Assembly (NCBI GenBank): GCA_950097015.1
Contig: CATNEN010000008.1
Span: 992,001 to 1,056,000, forward strand
Length of the DNA stretch: 64,000 bases
Source: Macrostomum hystrix
Taxonomy: Eukaryota > Animalia > Platyhelminthes
Direction: 5' to 3'
Shown here: one piece after another, positions 20,684 to 33,200 of the stretch
Layout of the letters: the number at the start of each line of letters is the position of its first letter
Position numbering within the stretch: the stretch's first letter is position 1
Translations under genes and position numbers: made by a program
Notes under the pieces: generated by a model
What the model was told of the DNA's origin: nothing
Seen by the model: the letters and a program-made list of their open reading frames with translations, nothing else
Databases searched by the model: none

Positions 20684-23618
20684 ATGTCGGACACGGAAGC
20701 ACCTGGGAAGTCTCAATCAGCTGCTTGGCTGGGCAAGAAGTCCCTGTTGTCTGTTGTGCTCTGCATCAATTCGTGCGCCGCATTGCTAGCTCTGACGGTT
20801 TCTGTGGCAACCGATTTCTGGCTGGTGACATTCGAATGGGAGGCGGAGCGCAACGGAACGCACCGGGTGACAGCGGTGCACTCCGGTCTCTGGAGGCTGT
20901 GCTCGGAGCAGAAACTCGTACCAAGCAGCAAGAAGACGGTGTTCGTGTGGACAGAGGACGCCAGTGAGTGTTTTTCATGTCGAATACGACTTTTTGACAG
21001 TAGAAAAAGCCATGGGGGTATTACCCACATTTTTATTTTTCTGTATCTCCTAAATGCTTCAACCAAGGGGGGTCGGTGGCAGAGCGGTTAACGCGTTTGC
21101 CTCTCGCACCAAGGTCCCAAAGTTCGATTCCACGGCGAGGCCACATTTATTTGGGGCGCAGCCTCGGAGAGAAGGCTTGGGGGCTTGTCTTGCAATTTAC
21201 GCCCTTGAGGGCCAACCTCCAAGGCACAGTGAACTGTACATTGCCTGACGATGAGAAAGTCAGGCGTACACACCTGTGTGAGCGTGTGCCTGCGAAAAGT
21301 ATGTGTGCTCAGGAGTCAGCGGAATGAGCAGAACTGCCTCCTCGCTGGCTGTGGGTCTAGTGTCGCTAAATAATGTGCCATTGCCCGCAGCCCTCATGCA
21401 ATTATTATTGTTATTATGCTTCAACCAATCGCCATGAAGTCTACGAAACGCGCTAATATTTTACGTTCTATCAGATGAAGCAACTTCCAGAATCACAAAA
21501 CATCGGCATCATCGAGATATTCAACGTTCTCATCGGAGTGTCTGGTGTGGCAAGAACCAAAAATATAGGCATATTTTTTCTGCTCACAATTTTTCATCAT
21601 GTAACCATGTCGGCTCTCATTGTTAATTGCGAGGTATTTTGGATTGATGACATTTTTATATTTTAAACCAAAATGGATTCGCCAAAGAGGTTCATACAGA
21701 GCCATGTCAGCTGTCCTTGTCACCAGGGCCTTCGACAAGAAACTCTGATTTTGTTAACGATGCTGACTCGGATGGCTTTGCAAGTTAGTTTATCGCAAAG
21801 GGCGGAAAATTTTGATCCATATCGTGGACATTCACGAACATCGGTGATTCTGTTTGGGAGCTGTCGTGAAGTAGGCAGTGCCTCTTTCTACCGTTAAGCC
21901 ATAAAATTAATAGCAATGGTCTCGATACTCCGCCTGTCCTCCAGTCACCTACAATGGTCACAGGAGCAACTGTACCAGGCACAACACTTCTCACATCGCC
22001 GACGGTGTCACATTCAAGCACAGACGCGACGGTGGCGATATGAAGCCAACGGACATTCGTGAGGCCTTCCTGTTGTTATTCCCTCTCTTTGGGAGTTTTC
22101 CTGCATTGACACTGCCGCCATTCCGCCCACGCAGACATTGTCCAGGCGGCGAGCCCGCTGCCTTTGGCCGGTTCCCTTCTGGCCGCCGCCGCCTCCGTCG
22201 CCTCGTTGCGCTCCGCCTATCGGCCGCAATCCACCCGACCGGTGCTTCTCGGCGGCGGACTCTACGTGATTTCCGGTCTGAAAGCTGATAATGCGTATTG
22301 GCTTTGCTTAGTACTACTTACAACTTAGTAGTGCAACTTGAGCATTCTTCTGCTTAATTTAATCCGTGCTCTATTCATCAATAAATCTAACGACCCTATC
22401 AACGAATTCAAATTTGACCTCCAGCAAATCAAAAATACTTTCTCTACCCAATCAGCAACCCGCCCTCCAACCAATCGTGAATCCGCCCTCCAACCAATCA
22501 GGAATCCGCCCTCTAGCCAATCAGGAATCCGCCCTCCAACCAATCAGGAATCCGCCCTCTAGCCAATCAGGAATCCGCCTTCTAGCCAATCAGGAATCCG
22601 CCCTCTAGCCAAACAGGAATCCGCCCTCTAGCCAATCAGGAATCCGCCCTCTAGCCAATCAGGAATCCGCCCTCTAGCCAATCAGCAACCCGCCCTCTAG
22701 CCAATCAGGAAGCCATTCTTTATCTAATCAAGCAATTGTCCTCTGATCAATCAGAAATCCGCCATCTACCGGATAAAAGTCCAATAGTTTCAGTTCTGCA
22801 TGCTTTAATAAACCGAAGCTTTAAAATCGCCGTCCCAAGATGCTGTTATTGGATTTGTTCTCATTGCAGGCCTGTTTCTCCTAATCGGCATAGTGCTGTA
22901 CATCGGCAACGTGTCGCAAGCTTTCGACGGCTCCTCGGGTGGAGTGTCCGCAGACAACAAATATGCCTACGCGTATGGCTATTCGTTCCTACTGTTTGTT
23001 GTCGGCTTCACGTTGTCGGAAACTGCGGGTGTACTGGCCGTGTACCTGCACCTAGCTAGGGCGAGGCACTCGGAGTCCAACAGTTGCCCCGGAGGCAACG
23101 ATGAAGACCCGTGCCGAACCAAAAATAGCGCCAGTTCCGCGGCTTTAGTCGGCGACGAGGCCGAAGACGCGGCAGCTGTGTCGACAACGGACTGGCGGTC
23201 GCCGCTGCCGACTGCCAATCGGAATTGCCTGCGCGGATTCGTTGATGCCGGCTCGCCGTTCGAGGAGCGAAGCATCAACCAGCAGCTGCGGCAGCCGCTC
23301 AGCCTCTCTTGGCATTCGTCGATGTCAACTGCTGCTGCTGCTGCTGCTGCTGCGGCGGCGGCGGCGGCGGCGGCGGCAGCGGTTGCGGCGCCAGCACTAC
23401 CGGCTGCGGTGACGAATGCTTCTTCGGGATCCACGATGGCCACCGGGCCAACCAGGTCATTTAGCCAGCTATCTGGAGGAGCTGCTGCTGGTGGCTGCGC
23501 CGAGATGTCCGCAATGCCCAGTGCTGGCGGGATTCACTGTTGTTGCTCCAGAGGCTGCCTGGCCGGTGCGAGCGCTGCTGGCGGCGGCTGCCGCTTGGTG
23601 AAGACAACGCTGGTTTAG
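20684..23618 (+). CDS. CACNG: Stargazin/TARP-like (CACNG, PMP22/claudin superfamily) protein, about 427 aa, ending in the PDZ-type motif KTTLV
   Basis: Phase-consistent exons 20684-20963 (ATDFWL...HSGLWRLC), 21945-22058, 22135-22275 (IVQAASPLPL...GGGLYVISG) and 22870-23618 (GLFLLIGIVLYIG...YAYGYSF...SETAGVLAVYL). Four TM segments. Confidence 0.88.
20990..21890 (-). mobile_element. Old degenerate repeat, possibly a CACTA/EnSpm-like transposase remnant; second copy at 63.07-63.55 kb
   Basis: Colinear matches with 63065-63550 (CTGTATCTCCTAAA; ACAAAACAT.GGCAT; TTTTCTGCTCACA; TGTCCTTGTCAC; ACGATGCTGACTCGGATGG; GGGCGGAAAATTT). The fragments W/SPIFV...FPP...SKPS and HGY...CEQK loosely resemble animal EnSpm-type transposases. 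Confidence 0.4.
21067..21415 (+). mobile_element. Full-length tRNA-derived SINE (family A) with a 13-bp TSD
   Basis: TSD ATGCTTCAACCAA at 21054-21066 and 21416-21428. A box TGGCAGAGCGG, B box AAGTTCGATTCC, and an (ATT)n tail. Confidence 0.92.
22443..22712. repeat. 23-bp tandem repeat (GCCAATCAGGAATCCGCCCTCTA) x about 11 in TARP intron 3; each unit has a CCAAT and a GC box
   Basis: Read directly from the sequence. Confidence 0.95.
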
Positions 23619-24039
23619 AGGGCCAGAACATTCCGAGGGCTTCGATTGGGTGAATTTTTTTGCGCAATTTTTGCTAATTTTAAGATTCTTAGAATCTGTT
23701 GGTCTGATGTTGTTCGGACAGACTTTGACAAGTGTTTTTTCCTTCACTTTTTCGTTTTTCTACTGGTATTTTTCCTTGAGCTAATTCATTAAAATAGATT
23801 TTTTGTTTGGAAACATATTCTTCGTAATTACGATAAATTTCCTTGCGTAATAGATACTTATAAAATTTCCTATAGTTTTATAGGGTTCAAGCTTGATCTA
23901 AATTCTAGCACCGCACATTTCCTTGCCTACTAATGAGTAGTACGAGCCGTATTATCGATTTATTTTGCAGTGCGATCCTATCGTTGTCACTTATTTTTTC
24001 TGTCAAAAAATTTAATTTGACTAATTAAACTGACTGGCC

Positions 24040-24345
24040 GTCTTTATTGACCAAGGAAAGCTGCGCCTGCTACGCGAAGTGTCCTTGGCTCAGGCTCACC
24101 GAAAGCTTGAGTTAATCGCATCTGAAGGCTGCGTACGGCTGTTCAGTCCATGGACTGGGTGCGACGCCACACCCACCTTCAATTATCCCAGCTGATGCTG
24201 GTACCCATTTAACAGCTGGGTGAACTGAAGCAATGCAGAGTTAAGTGTCTTGCTAAAGGGCACAAATTGTTTCAGTGGCGTCGGGAATCGAACCCCCGAC
24301 CTTCAAGTCGTGAGTCCGACGACCTAACCACTAGGCTACAACCTC
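24040..24345 (-). mobile_element. tRNA-derived SINE (family B) with a CORE-like central domain
   Basis: On the - strand: TGTAGCCTAGTGGTTAGG (A box), GGGGTTCGATTCCC (B box), then TTAGCAAGACACTTAAC...CTTCAGTTCACCCAGCTGTTAAATGGG, resembling the MIR/CORE consensus. Confidence 0.8.
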
Positions 24346-24984
24346 TTGAAGACTCAATTTATTGCGTTAAAGAGAACCAGCATTAGCTGAAGTAAAGACC
24401 ACCACAGTGTGGGTGGTTAAACCCCCCGTCCATCAACTGTAGCCGTATACAGCATTCAGTCTGCACTTCTGGCACGTTGGCCCAGTTGCGGCACGTGTAA
24501 TAGATTATTGTGATTAATTATTCATAGAATTATTAACAGAACAGAGAACAAATAATTCCATGAAGAATTTTGTAGAAAAGTTTCTACATACGTTTTCGTA
24601 TATTTTTTATGACTAACAGCTCGAAAAAACATAGAGTGTTAGAGTTGTGTCGCTCGCGCAGAGGAGAGATGAAGCGAAAGCGAACAATTTTAACAACATT
24701 GGGGCACAACGAGGACAAAAACGCGATCAACTTTATGGCGCAAAAGTGACCTTACAGCCCAGTATAGTCAAGTTTAGCTAGTATTTTTCTACGGCTTAGA
24801 AAGGGCGAATAGATCCGTATATGTGATTATCCGTTTCCAATAGATAGAAAATTCCGACTAATAGTCCGAATAAAATTTTATTTATCCGCTGTTCATTTTG
24901 TACTTTGCTAAGTTCATAATAGTTCAGACTATGAGCGATTAAAATATTAATAGGCAGAAACTGGTGCGGGCAGGCCTCAGCAAA

Positions 24985-25200
24985 TTCGACAGGTCGGGGG
25001 TTCGAGTCTCAATTTGTGTGCTTTAGCGAGACACTTAATTCCCTAGTGCTTCAGTTCACACAGCTGTCGAATGGGCCCGAGAATCAGCTGGGGCGGAAAT
25101 TGTCCACGGACTGAACAGCTGTGTGCAAAGGCTGCGGACCCAGCAGTCTCATCCCAGCTAGCTTATCTGAGTAGATTTGGGGATAATTATAGCGGAAATG
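24985..25200 (+). mobile_element. SINE family B copy, inverted relative to 24040-24345
   Basis: GGTCGGGGGTTCGAGTC...TTTAGCGAGACACTTAAT...CTTCAGTTCACACAGCTG...GGACTGAACAGC. Confidence 0.75.
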
Positions 25201-25427
25201 GCAGTCTGAACATGCAAATAGACGCGCATACATATACCCCAGAGTGCATCAGGATCTAAAGCTACGGAAATCACAGAGACAACAGTGGAGGAGAAATCTA
25301 AAAAATGAAATGGGAAGATTTTTCACATTAGTTCATTTCCTCCGTCTAGACTCTTATGATGGGGAGTTTTCCTGAAGGGCAAATTTTTCTCGATAACAAT
25401 AGTAGAAAATTCTCCCATCAATGACAA

Positions 25428-27979
25428 CTAGACCTCATTGTCTACTTGACTCTGCAGCCTCAGCCGGGCGAAGTCCTCGAACACCAGGTCCGCGTCACCG
25501 CCACCGCCGCCGCTGCCGCCACCGCTGTCGACGATTTTCTTCTGATGTTCGTCCAGCTGAATAAGATTGCCATCGGCTGGCGTCTCTTTTGGCTTCTCCG
25601 ACTCGACAGTCGCAGCAGCCGTCGGCTTCGCCACAAATGTCGCCGTTGCCGCAGCCTCGAGGGCTTCGTCGACTTCTTCAACATCCTCCGGAGGTTTTGG
25701 ATGCGTCAGAATAAACGGCAGCTCCAGGCAGATGTCGGACGAGCCGAAACCGAGGACAAGTCGCACCTTGACTCGATAATTGACGACAATGCCGAGGTTC
25801 TCCTTGGACTGGCTGGCGTCCTTCATGATGGTGCTGCTAGCGAGGTTCGTGTCCTCGTGCTTCAACTGGCCGTCCAGTGCCAGGCCGCGCTTGTCGCGGT
25901 TATTGGCCAGCAGGGGACAGACGTGAAACACTCGGCACCAGCCCGTCTGGCCGGGCCCCACCGGGAAGCCTTCCTCCGACTCGAGCTCGGCCACGCTGCA
26001 CTTGTAACTGTTCGGGCTGAACAGGCAGATGTCCGCCACCTGCCGAACTGAGATGCGCACCTTCTTGACCGTCTTGCTTGAGTTGTTGTCCACGAGCAGG
26101 CTGACAGCAATGGACTCGCCGTGATAGTACTTCTCCTTGTCTAGGCTGGCTTCAAGGCGCAGCGAGCCAGTGCTCATGCGGAACTCCTTCGTGACCTGCG
26201 GAGAGAGCGGCTGTGCTTTGATCGACAGATGGACAGGACGAATAACAAAGATCAAGCTCGGTAAAAAGTTCTGCCGGAAACGTCTCAAGAACCCGCCCTC
26301 TCTACTAGTGGCTTCAAACCCGTGACCATCTAAGGATCTGGTGGTGCGAGAGTCCCCAAATCGACTTGGGGTCCCTGGAATCTCAATCGCTTCCTGTTCT
26401 CGAAGCATTCAAACCCGACCCTGCTTTCGGCGGCAAGCGACTCATGATTGCGGGCTGGAAAATGAATATAGACAGCGAAATTCTGCTATTTTCCTGCCTG
26501 CAGCGAGCAGCAAGCCATCTTTATTAAGCCCCATGATTTTGACAAATCGTTCTTGCAGCTCTCGGCCTTCCATTTTGCCACGAGAAAAATAATGCACCCC
26601 CGCGAATTTATCCCCCCGGGGAGACAAACGTGGGTTCATGTGTTTCACAGTCAGTTCGCTTCAAAGGCGAGGCCAAACCCCCACTCCTGCTCCCCCTTTT
26701 ATCTTTCTGTTTGCATTTGCAAATCAATAATTGCACCCTGGGACTAGAACAGATGCCGGTTTTCGGAACAACGGACCCGGAAGATAAATAACCCATTCTG
26801 CTCTTTGGAAAACCGCCTCCTTCACAAGCGCGCTTGCCTAGTTTGTTGTAGCCTTAGCTCTGCTACTAGCTCATACATTTGAGTCCTCTTTAATTGTAAC
26901 TGTTCGAATGCTCAAACAAAAGTACAATATTGCCTGCCATATGTGAGTCCTGGGCCTCACCGCATCTCAAATCCAGACTAAAAGTCGAGCTTCCCGTGAA
27001 GGATGGAATGAATAGATAATCTAGTTTGTGCTGATGAGCAGATGAGCAATGTCGCTCACCTCAGCTGTTGGTTGCGGTCCTGGCTCCTCCGGGGCATACG
27101 TGAGCTTGCGGATGGCCAGGCTGACGGTGCTGCGCTTGTGCGTCTTGCCGTCGGCGGTGTCGGAGACGTAGGTCTTCAGCTCGTAGTCGACTCCGCACGG
27201 CTTGCCGCCGTCGTTGACACCCGGCTGCAGGGTGACAGAGGCCGGGCTCTGCTGCGGCGGCAGCTCGAAGTAGAACGGATGCGCGTTCTCGCCAAGCTTC
27301 TTCATCAGCCGTGCCTGAAGGCGCGTCGGCGGCCGGACTTCCTCGCGCAACGGCGGGAACACCTGCATGCAGGCGATGTACAAGTCCTTGCGGAAGGTCA
27401 GGCCGAGAACGTCGAGGTCTTCGCGACCGTAGCGAAAGGCCGCAAGGACGTGGGCGTAGACCTGCGTGCATGTCAAGCTGGGCTAAGATGCTCGCAAAAC
27501 TGTCTGGACACTGTCTCAAAATTATTTCTTCCAAAGTTACTTATTCTATGGCTAGAAGCAATTAGGGATAATCGTAGTCTTTGGATTTGGATATATTTTA
27601 TAAGCGAAAAGAATCTTATTCGTATATTTAGGGGGATAAGTTTCCAAGGGTAACTCTCAAACTGATGGGCAAAACGTGCCAATGTCTAGTACCTTTTTTC
27701 GATTTAAGATTGCTGGACAGATATTTCTAGATCCTGATCTAGCCATAGGCATATAATACGACCGCTTTTCACCTTTCGATCCTTGACATACTCCGGATCC
27801 ACGAGTACCACACCGTCGATGGGATCAACCCTCGTCAGGTGGTCGACAAAGTCTCGCTTGCTCAGGTAAGCCGTGATCTTATTGTTCGGCGAGCTCTTCT
27901 TGAACACCCGGGTTCCGCTGGACGGCACTCGGCGTGGATCGCTGCTACTCTGGTCCGCCGCGCCACCGGAGGCTGCCAT
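25428..27979 (-). CDS. ARRB: Beta-arrestin-like protein, about 458 aa
   Basis: Phase 0 exons 27979-27773 ([25 protein letters not shown]), 27461-27060 ([19 protein letters not shown]...CGVDYELK) and 26195-25428 ([16 protein letters not shown]...[12 protein letters not shown]). An in-frame TGA lies just upstream of the ATG. Confidence 0.96.
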
Positions 27980-28149
27980 GACAAGTCAGGGGCAAATTGG
28001 CCTTCTTCAAAGGCGGACCAGAAGGATGAAGGATGAGGGAGTCTGATGATGAGCAGCCCTCAAATGCTTTCTCCGCTGTTCTTTGGCGTTTTTCTCGCTC
28101 TGAAAGGACACAAAAGTAGTATTGTGACGCGACTGAAATTGCGACAAGA

Positions 28150-29518
28150 TATCTCACATGTCTTCCTGATCTAGTTGAGACATCCTCTCTCAATCTCTCA
28201 CATGTCTTCCTGATCTAGTTGAGTCATCCTCTCTCAATCTCCCACATGTCTTCCTGATCTAGTTGAGTCATCCTCTCTCAATCTCCCACATGTCTTCCTG
28301 ATCTAGTTGAGTCATCCTCTCTCAGTCTCCCACATGTCTTCCTGATCTAGTTGAGACATCCTCTCTCAGTCTCCCACATGTCTTCCTGATCTAGTTGAGT
28401 CATCCTCTCTCAATCTCCCACATGTCTTCCTGATCTAGTTGAGACATCCTCTCTCAGTCTCCCACATGTCTTCCTGATCTAGTTGAGTCATCCTCTCTCA
28501 ATCTCCCACATGTCTTCCTGATCTAGTTGAGTCATCCTCTCTCAATCTCCCACATGTCTTCCTGATCTAGTTGAGACATCCTCTCTCAGTCTCCCACATG
28601 TCTTCCTGATCTAGTTGAGTCATCCTCTCTCAATCTCCCACATGTCTTCCTGATCTAGTTGAGACATCCTCTCTCAATCTCCCACATGTCTTCCTGATCT
28701 AGTTGAGTCATCCTCTCTCAATCTCCCACATGTCTTCCTGATCTAGTTGAGACATCCTCTCTCAATCTCCCACATGTCTTCCTGATCTAGTTGAGACATC
28801 CTCTCTCAATCTCCCACATGTCTTCCTGATCTAGTTGAGACATCCTCTCTCAATCTCTCACATATCTTCCTGATCTAGTTGAGACATCCTCTCTCAGTCT
28901 CCCACATGTCTTCCTGATCTAGTTGAGACATCCTCTCTCAATCTCTCACATGTCTTCCTGATCTAGTTGAGACATCCTCTCTCAGTCTCCCACATGTCTT
29001 CCTGATCTAGTTGAGTCATCCTCTCTCAGTCTCCCACATGTCTTCCTGATCTAGTTGAGACATCCTCTCTCAGTCTCCCACATGTCTTCCTGATCTAGTT
29101 GAGACATCCTCTCTCAATCTCCCACATGTCTTCCTGATCTAGTTGAGACATCCTCTCTCAATCTCTCACATATCTTCCTGATCTAGTTGAGACATCCTCT
29201 CTCAGTCTCCCACATGTCTTCCTGATCTAGTTGAGACATCCTCTCTCAGTCTCCCACATGTCTTCCTGATCTAGTTGAGGCATCCTCTCTCAGTCTCCCA
29301 CATGTCTTCCTGATCTAGTTGAGACATCCTCTCTCAATCTCCCACATGTCTTCCTGATCTAGTTGAGACATCCTCTCTCAGTCTCCCACATGTCTTCCTG
29401 ATCTAGTTGAGACATCCTCTCTCAATCTCTCACATATCTTCCTGATCTAGTTGAGACATCGTCTCTCAATCTCCCACATGTCTTCCTGATCTAGTTGAGG
29501 CATCCTCTTCCTATCTCC
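28150..29518. repeat. 44-bp minisatellite (TCTCCCACATGTCTTCCTGATCTAGTTGAGACATCCTCTCTCAA), about 31 copies
   Basis: The period of 44 was read from the sequence. Confidence 0.97.
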
Positions 29519-30219
29519 CAAAAGATAAATTTTTGCTGTTTGAAAATCGCTGACACGTTCAATACTTCTACATCCCTAAAGGGTGCGCCCCTTCGTGCCG
29601 ATCCTCAGTATTGACCGCAGCACACAAGGCAGGGTGTGGTCTCTGTAGTCTTGGCCGCCAGCCACTCCTTATATTTCTCTTCCTGCAGCAAGCTAAAAAA
29701 AGGTACTCCCTTTGCAGTTGAGCATTCTAGCTCTTATCTTCAGGAAAACCAGATTTCTCCCATATTTTGAGCTTTGTCAGAGGACTCGAGAGATTGCAAA
29801 TGCTAAAGGTGTGGCTTTCCTAGCTCTCGATTTTCATTTTTGCGGCTGCGTGCCAGAGAGTCCGCATGACGCACATGAAGTTGGGCGGTAACTGCAGAGG
29901 AAGGAGTCTGCCAGTCTCTCCCGAGTCTATATTTAGACGATCGGATTCGACCAGGCAAAAGAAGGGATGGATTATACGTCGACAGCTACATGCTCGCAGA
30001 TGGGGAGGCAGGGGAGGTTGGCAGTGAAGCCCTAATAAGGCTTTTGTCTAGAGAGGCTGGTCGACTAAGATGAAGGGGAAAATAAGAATCCGGAAGATGC
30101 GGGACCCCGACATAGCTACCTCTTATATGTAATGGGTAAGGCATAATTTAATTCCAGCCTTGGCAGTGTATTATTGAGGTTCATTAGGCTTAGCTGAGTC
30201 CCTAAGTAAAATAGAACAC

Positions 30220-33200
30220 GAGAGAGAGTGTGTTGTCAGGCTGATGAAGGGATGCGGATTCCACTGACAGAGAGAGTGTGTTGTCAGGCTGATGAAGGGA
30301 TGTGGATTCCACTGACAGAGAGAGTGGGTTGTCAGGCTGATGAAGGGATGCGGATTCCACTGACAGAGAGAGTGTGTTGTCAGTCTGATGAAGGGATGCG
30401 GATTCCACTGACAGAGAGAGTGTGTTGTCAGGCTGATGAAGGGATGCAGATTCCACTGACAGAGAGAGTGTGTTGTCAGGCTGATGAAGGGATGCGGATT
30501 CCACTGACAGAGAGAGTGTGTTGTCAGGCTGATGAAGGGATGCAGATTCCACTGACAGAGAGAGTGTGTTGTCAGGCTGATGAAGGGATGCGGATTCCAC
30601 TGACAGAGAGAGTGTGTTGTCAGGCTGATGAAGGGATGCGGATTCCACTGACAGAGAGAGTGTGTTGTCAGGCTGATGAAGGGATGCGGATTCCACTGAC
30701 AGAGAGTGTGTTGTCAGGCTGATGAAGGGATGCGGATTCCACTGACAGAGAGAGTGTGTTGTCAGGCTGATGAAGGGATGCGGATTCCACTGACAGAGAG
30801 AGTGTGTTGTCAGGCTGATGAAGGGATGCGGATTCCACTGACAGAGAGAGTGTGTTGTCAGGCTGATGAAGGGATGCGGATTCCACTGACAGAGAGAGTG
30901 TGTTGTCAGGCTGATGAAGGGATGCGGATTCCACTGACAGAGAGTGTGTTGTCAGGCTGATGAAGGGATGCGGATTCCACTGACAGAGAGAGTGTGTTGT
31001 CAGGCTGATGAAGGGATGCGGATTCCACTGACAGAGAGAGTGTGTTGTCAGGCTGATGAAGGGATGCGGATTCCACTGACAGAGAGAGTGTGTTGTCAGT
31101 CTGATGAAGGGATGCGGATTCCACTGACAGAGAGTGTGTTGTCAGTCTGATGAAGGGATGCGGATTCCACTGACAGAGAGAGTGTGTTGTCAGGCTGATG
31201 AAGGGATGCGGATTCCACTGACAGAGAGAGTGGGTTGTCAGTCTGATGAAGGGATGCGGATTCCACTGACAGAGAGAGTGTGTTGTCAGTCTGATGAAGG
31301 GATGCTGATTCCACTGACAGAGAGAGTGTGTTGTCAGGCTGATGAAGGGATGCGGATTCCACTGACAGAGAGTGTGTTGTCAGTCTGATGAAGGGATGCG
31401 GATTCCACTGACAGAGAGAGTGTGTTGTCAGGCTGATGAAGGGATGCGGATTCCACTGACAGAGAGTGTGTTGTCAGTCTGATGAAGGGATGCGGATTCC
31501 ACTGACAGAGAGAGTGTGTTGTCAGTCTGATGAAGGGATGCGGATTCCACTGACAGAGAGTGTGTTGTCAGGCTGATGAAGGGATGCGGATTCCACTGAC
31601 AGAGAGTGTGTTGTCAGTCTGATGAAGGGATGCGGATTCCACTGACAGAGAGAGTGTGTTGTCAGTCTGATGAAGGGATGCGGATTCCACTGACAGAGAG
31701 TGTGTTGTCAGGCTGATGAAGGGATGCGGATTCCACTGACAGAGAGAGTGTGTTGTCAGTCTGATGAAGGGATGCGGATTCCACTGACAGAGAGAGTGTG
31801 TTGTCAGGCTGATGAAGGGATGCGGTTTCCACTGACAGAGAGAGTGTGTTGTCAGTCTGATGAAGGGATGCGGATTCCACTGACAGAGAGAGTGGGTTGT
31901 CAGGCTGATGAAGGGATGCGGATTCCACTGACAGAGAGAGTGGGTTGTCAGTCTGATGAAGGGATGCGGATTCCACTGACAGAGAGAGTGTGTTGTCAGT
32001 CTGATGAAGGGATGCGGATTCCACTGACAGAGAGAGTGTGTTGTCAGGCTGATGAAGGGATGCGGATTCCACTGACAGAGAGAGTGTGTTGTCAGTCTGA
32101 TGAAGGGATGCGGATTCCACTGACAGAGAGAGTGGGTTGTCAGTCTGATGAAGGGATGCGGATTCCACTGACAGAGAGAGTGGGTTGTCAGGCTGATGAA
32201 GGGATGCGGATTCCACTGACAGAGAGAGTGGGTTGTCAGGCTGATGAAGGGATGCGGATTCCACTGACAGAGAGAGTGGGTTGTCAGGCTGATGAAGGGA
32301 TGCTGATTCCACTGACAGAGAGAGTGGGTTGTCAGGCTGATGAAGGGATGCTGATTCCACTGACAGAGAGAGTGGGTTGTCAGGCTGATGAAGGGATGCT
32401 GATTACAGTGATAGAGAGAGTGTGTTGTCAGGCTGATGAAGGGATGCGGATTCCACTGACAGAGAGAGTGTGTTGTCAGTCTGATGAAGGGATGCGGATT
32501 CCACTGACGGAGAGAGTGGGTTGTCAGTCTGATGAAGGGATGCTGATTCCACTGACAGAGAGAGTGGGTTGTCAGTCTGATGAAGGGATGCTGATTCCAC
32601 GGACAGAGAGAGTGTGTTGTCAGTCTGATGAAGGGATGCGGATTCCACTGACAGAGAGAGTGTGTTGTCAGGGTGATGAAGGGATGCGGATTCCACTGAC
32701 AGAGAGTGTGTTGTCAGTCTGATGAAGGGATGCGGATTCCACTGACAGAGAGTGTGTTGTCAGGCTGATGAAGGGATGCGGATTCCACTGACAGAGAGAG
32801 TGTGTTGTCAGTCTGATGAAGGGATGCGGATTCCACTGACAGAGAGAGTGTGTTGTCAGGCTGATGAAGGGATGCGGTTTCCACTGACAGAGAGAGTGTG
32901 TTGTCAGTCTGATGAAGGGATGCGGATTCCACTGACAGAGAGAGTGGGTTGTCAGGCTGATGAAGGGATGCGGATTCCACTGACAGAGAGAGTGGGTTGT
33001 CAGTCTGATGAAGGGATGCGGATTCCACTGACAGAGAGAGTGTGTTGTCAGTCTGATGAAGGGATGCGGATTCCACTGACAGAGAGAGTGTGTTGTCAGG
33101 CTGATGAAGGGATGCGGATTCCACTGACAGAGAGAGTGTGTTGTCAGTCTGATGAAGGGATGCGGATTCCACTGACAGAGAGAGTGGGTTGTCAGTCTGA

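Noticed and set aside
21240-21330. Hammerhead in SINE family A (CTGACGA...GAAA)
   Set aside because: CTGAC is sequestered in a perfect hairpin, the stem II closing pair is absent, and the motif is not kept in the 17.5-kb copy (CTGACAA).
21067-24345. Genuine tRNA genes at 21067 and 24280
   Set aside because: The tRNA-like heads lack a proper acceptor stem and terminator and run directly into repeated SINE bodies.
25446-27653. Plus-strand 201-aa and 203-aa ORFs overlapping arrestin
   Set aside because: These are antisense shadows of GC3-rich coding exons with no recognisable motifs.
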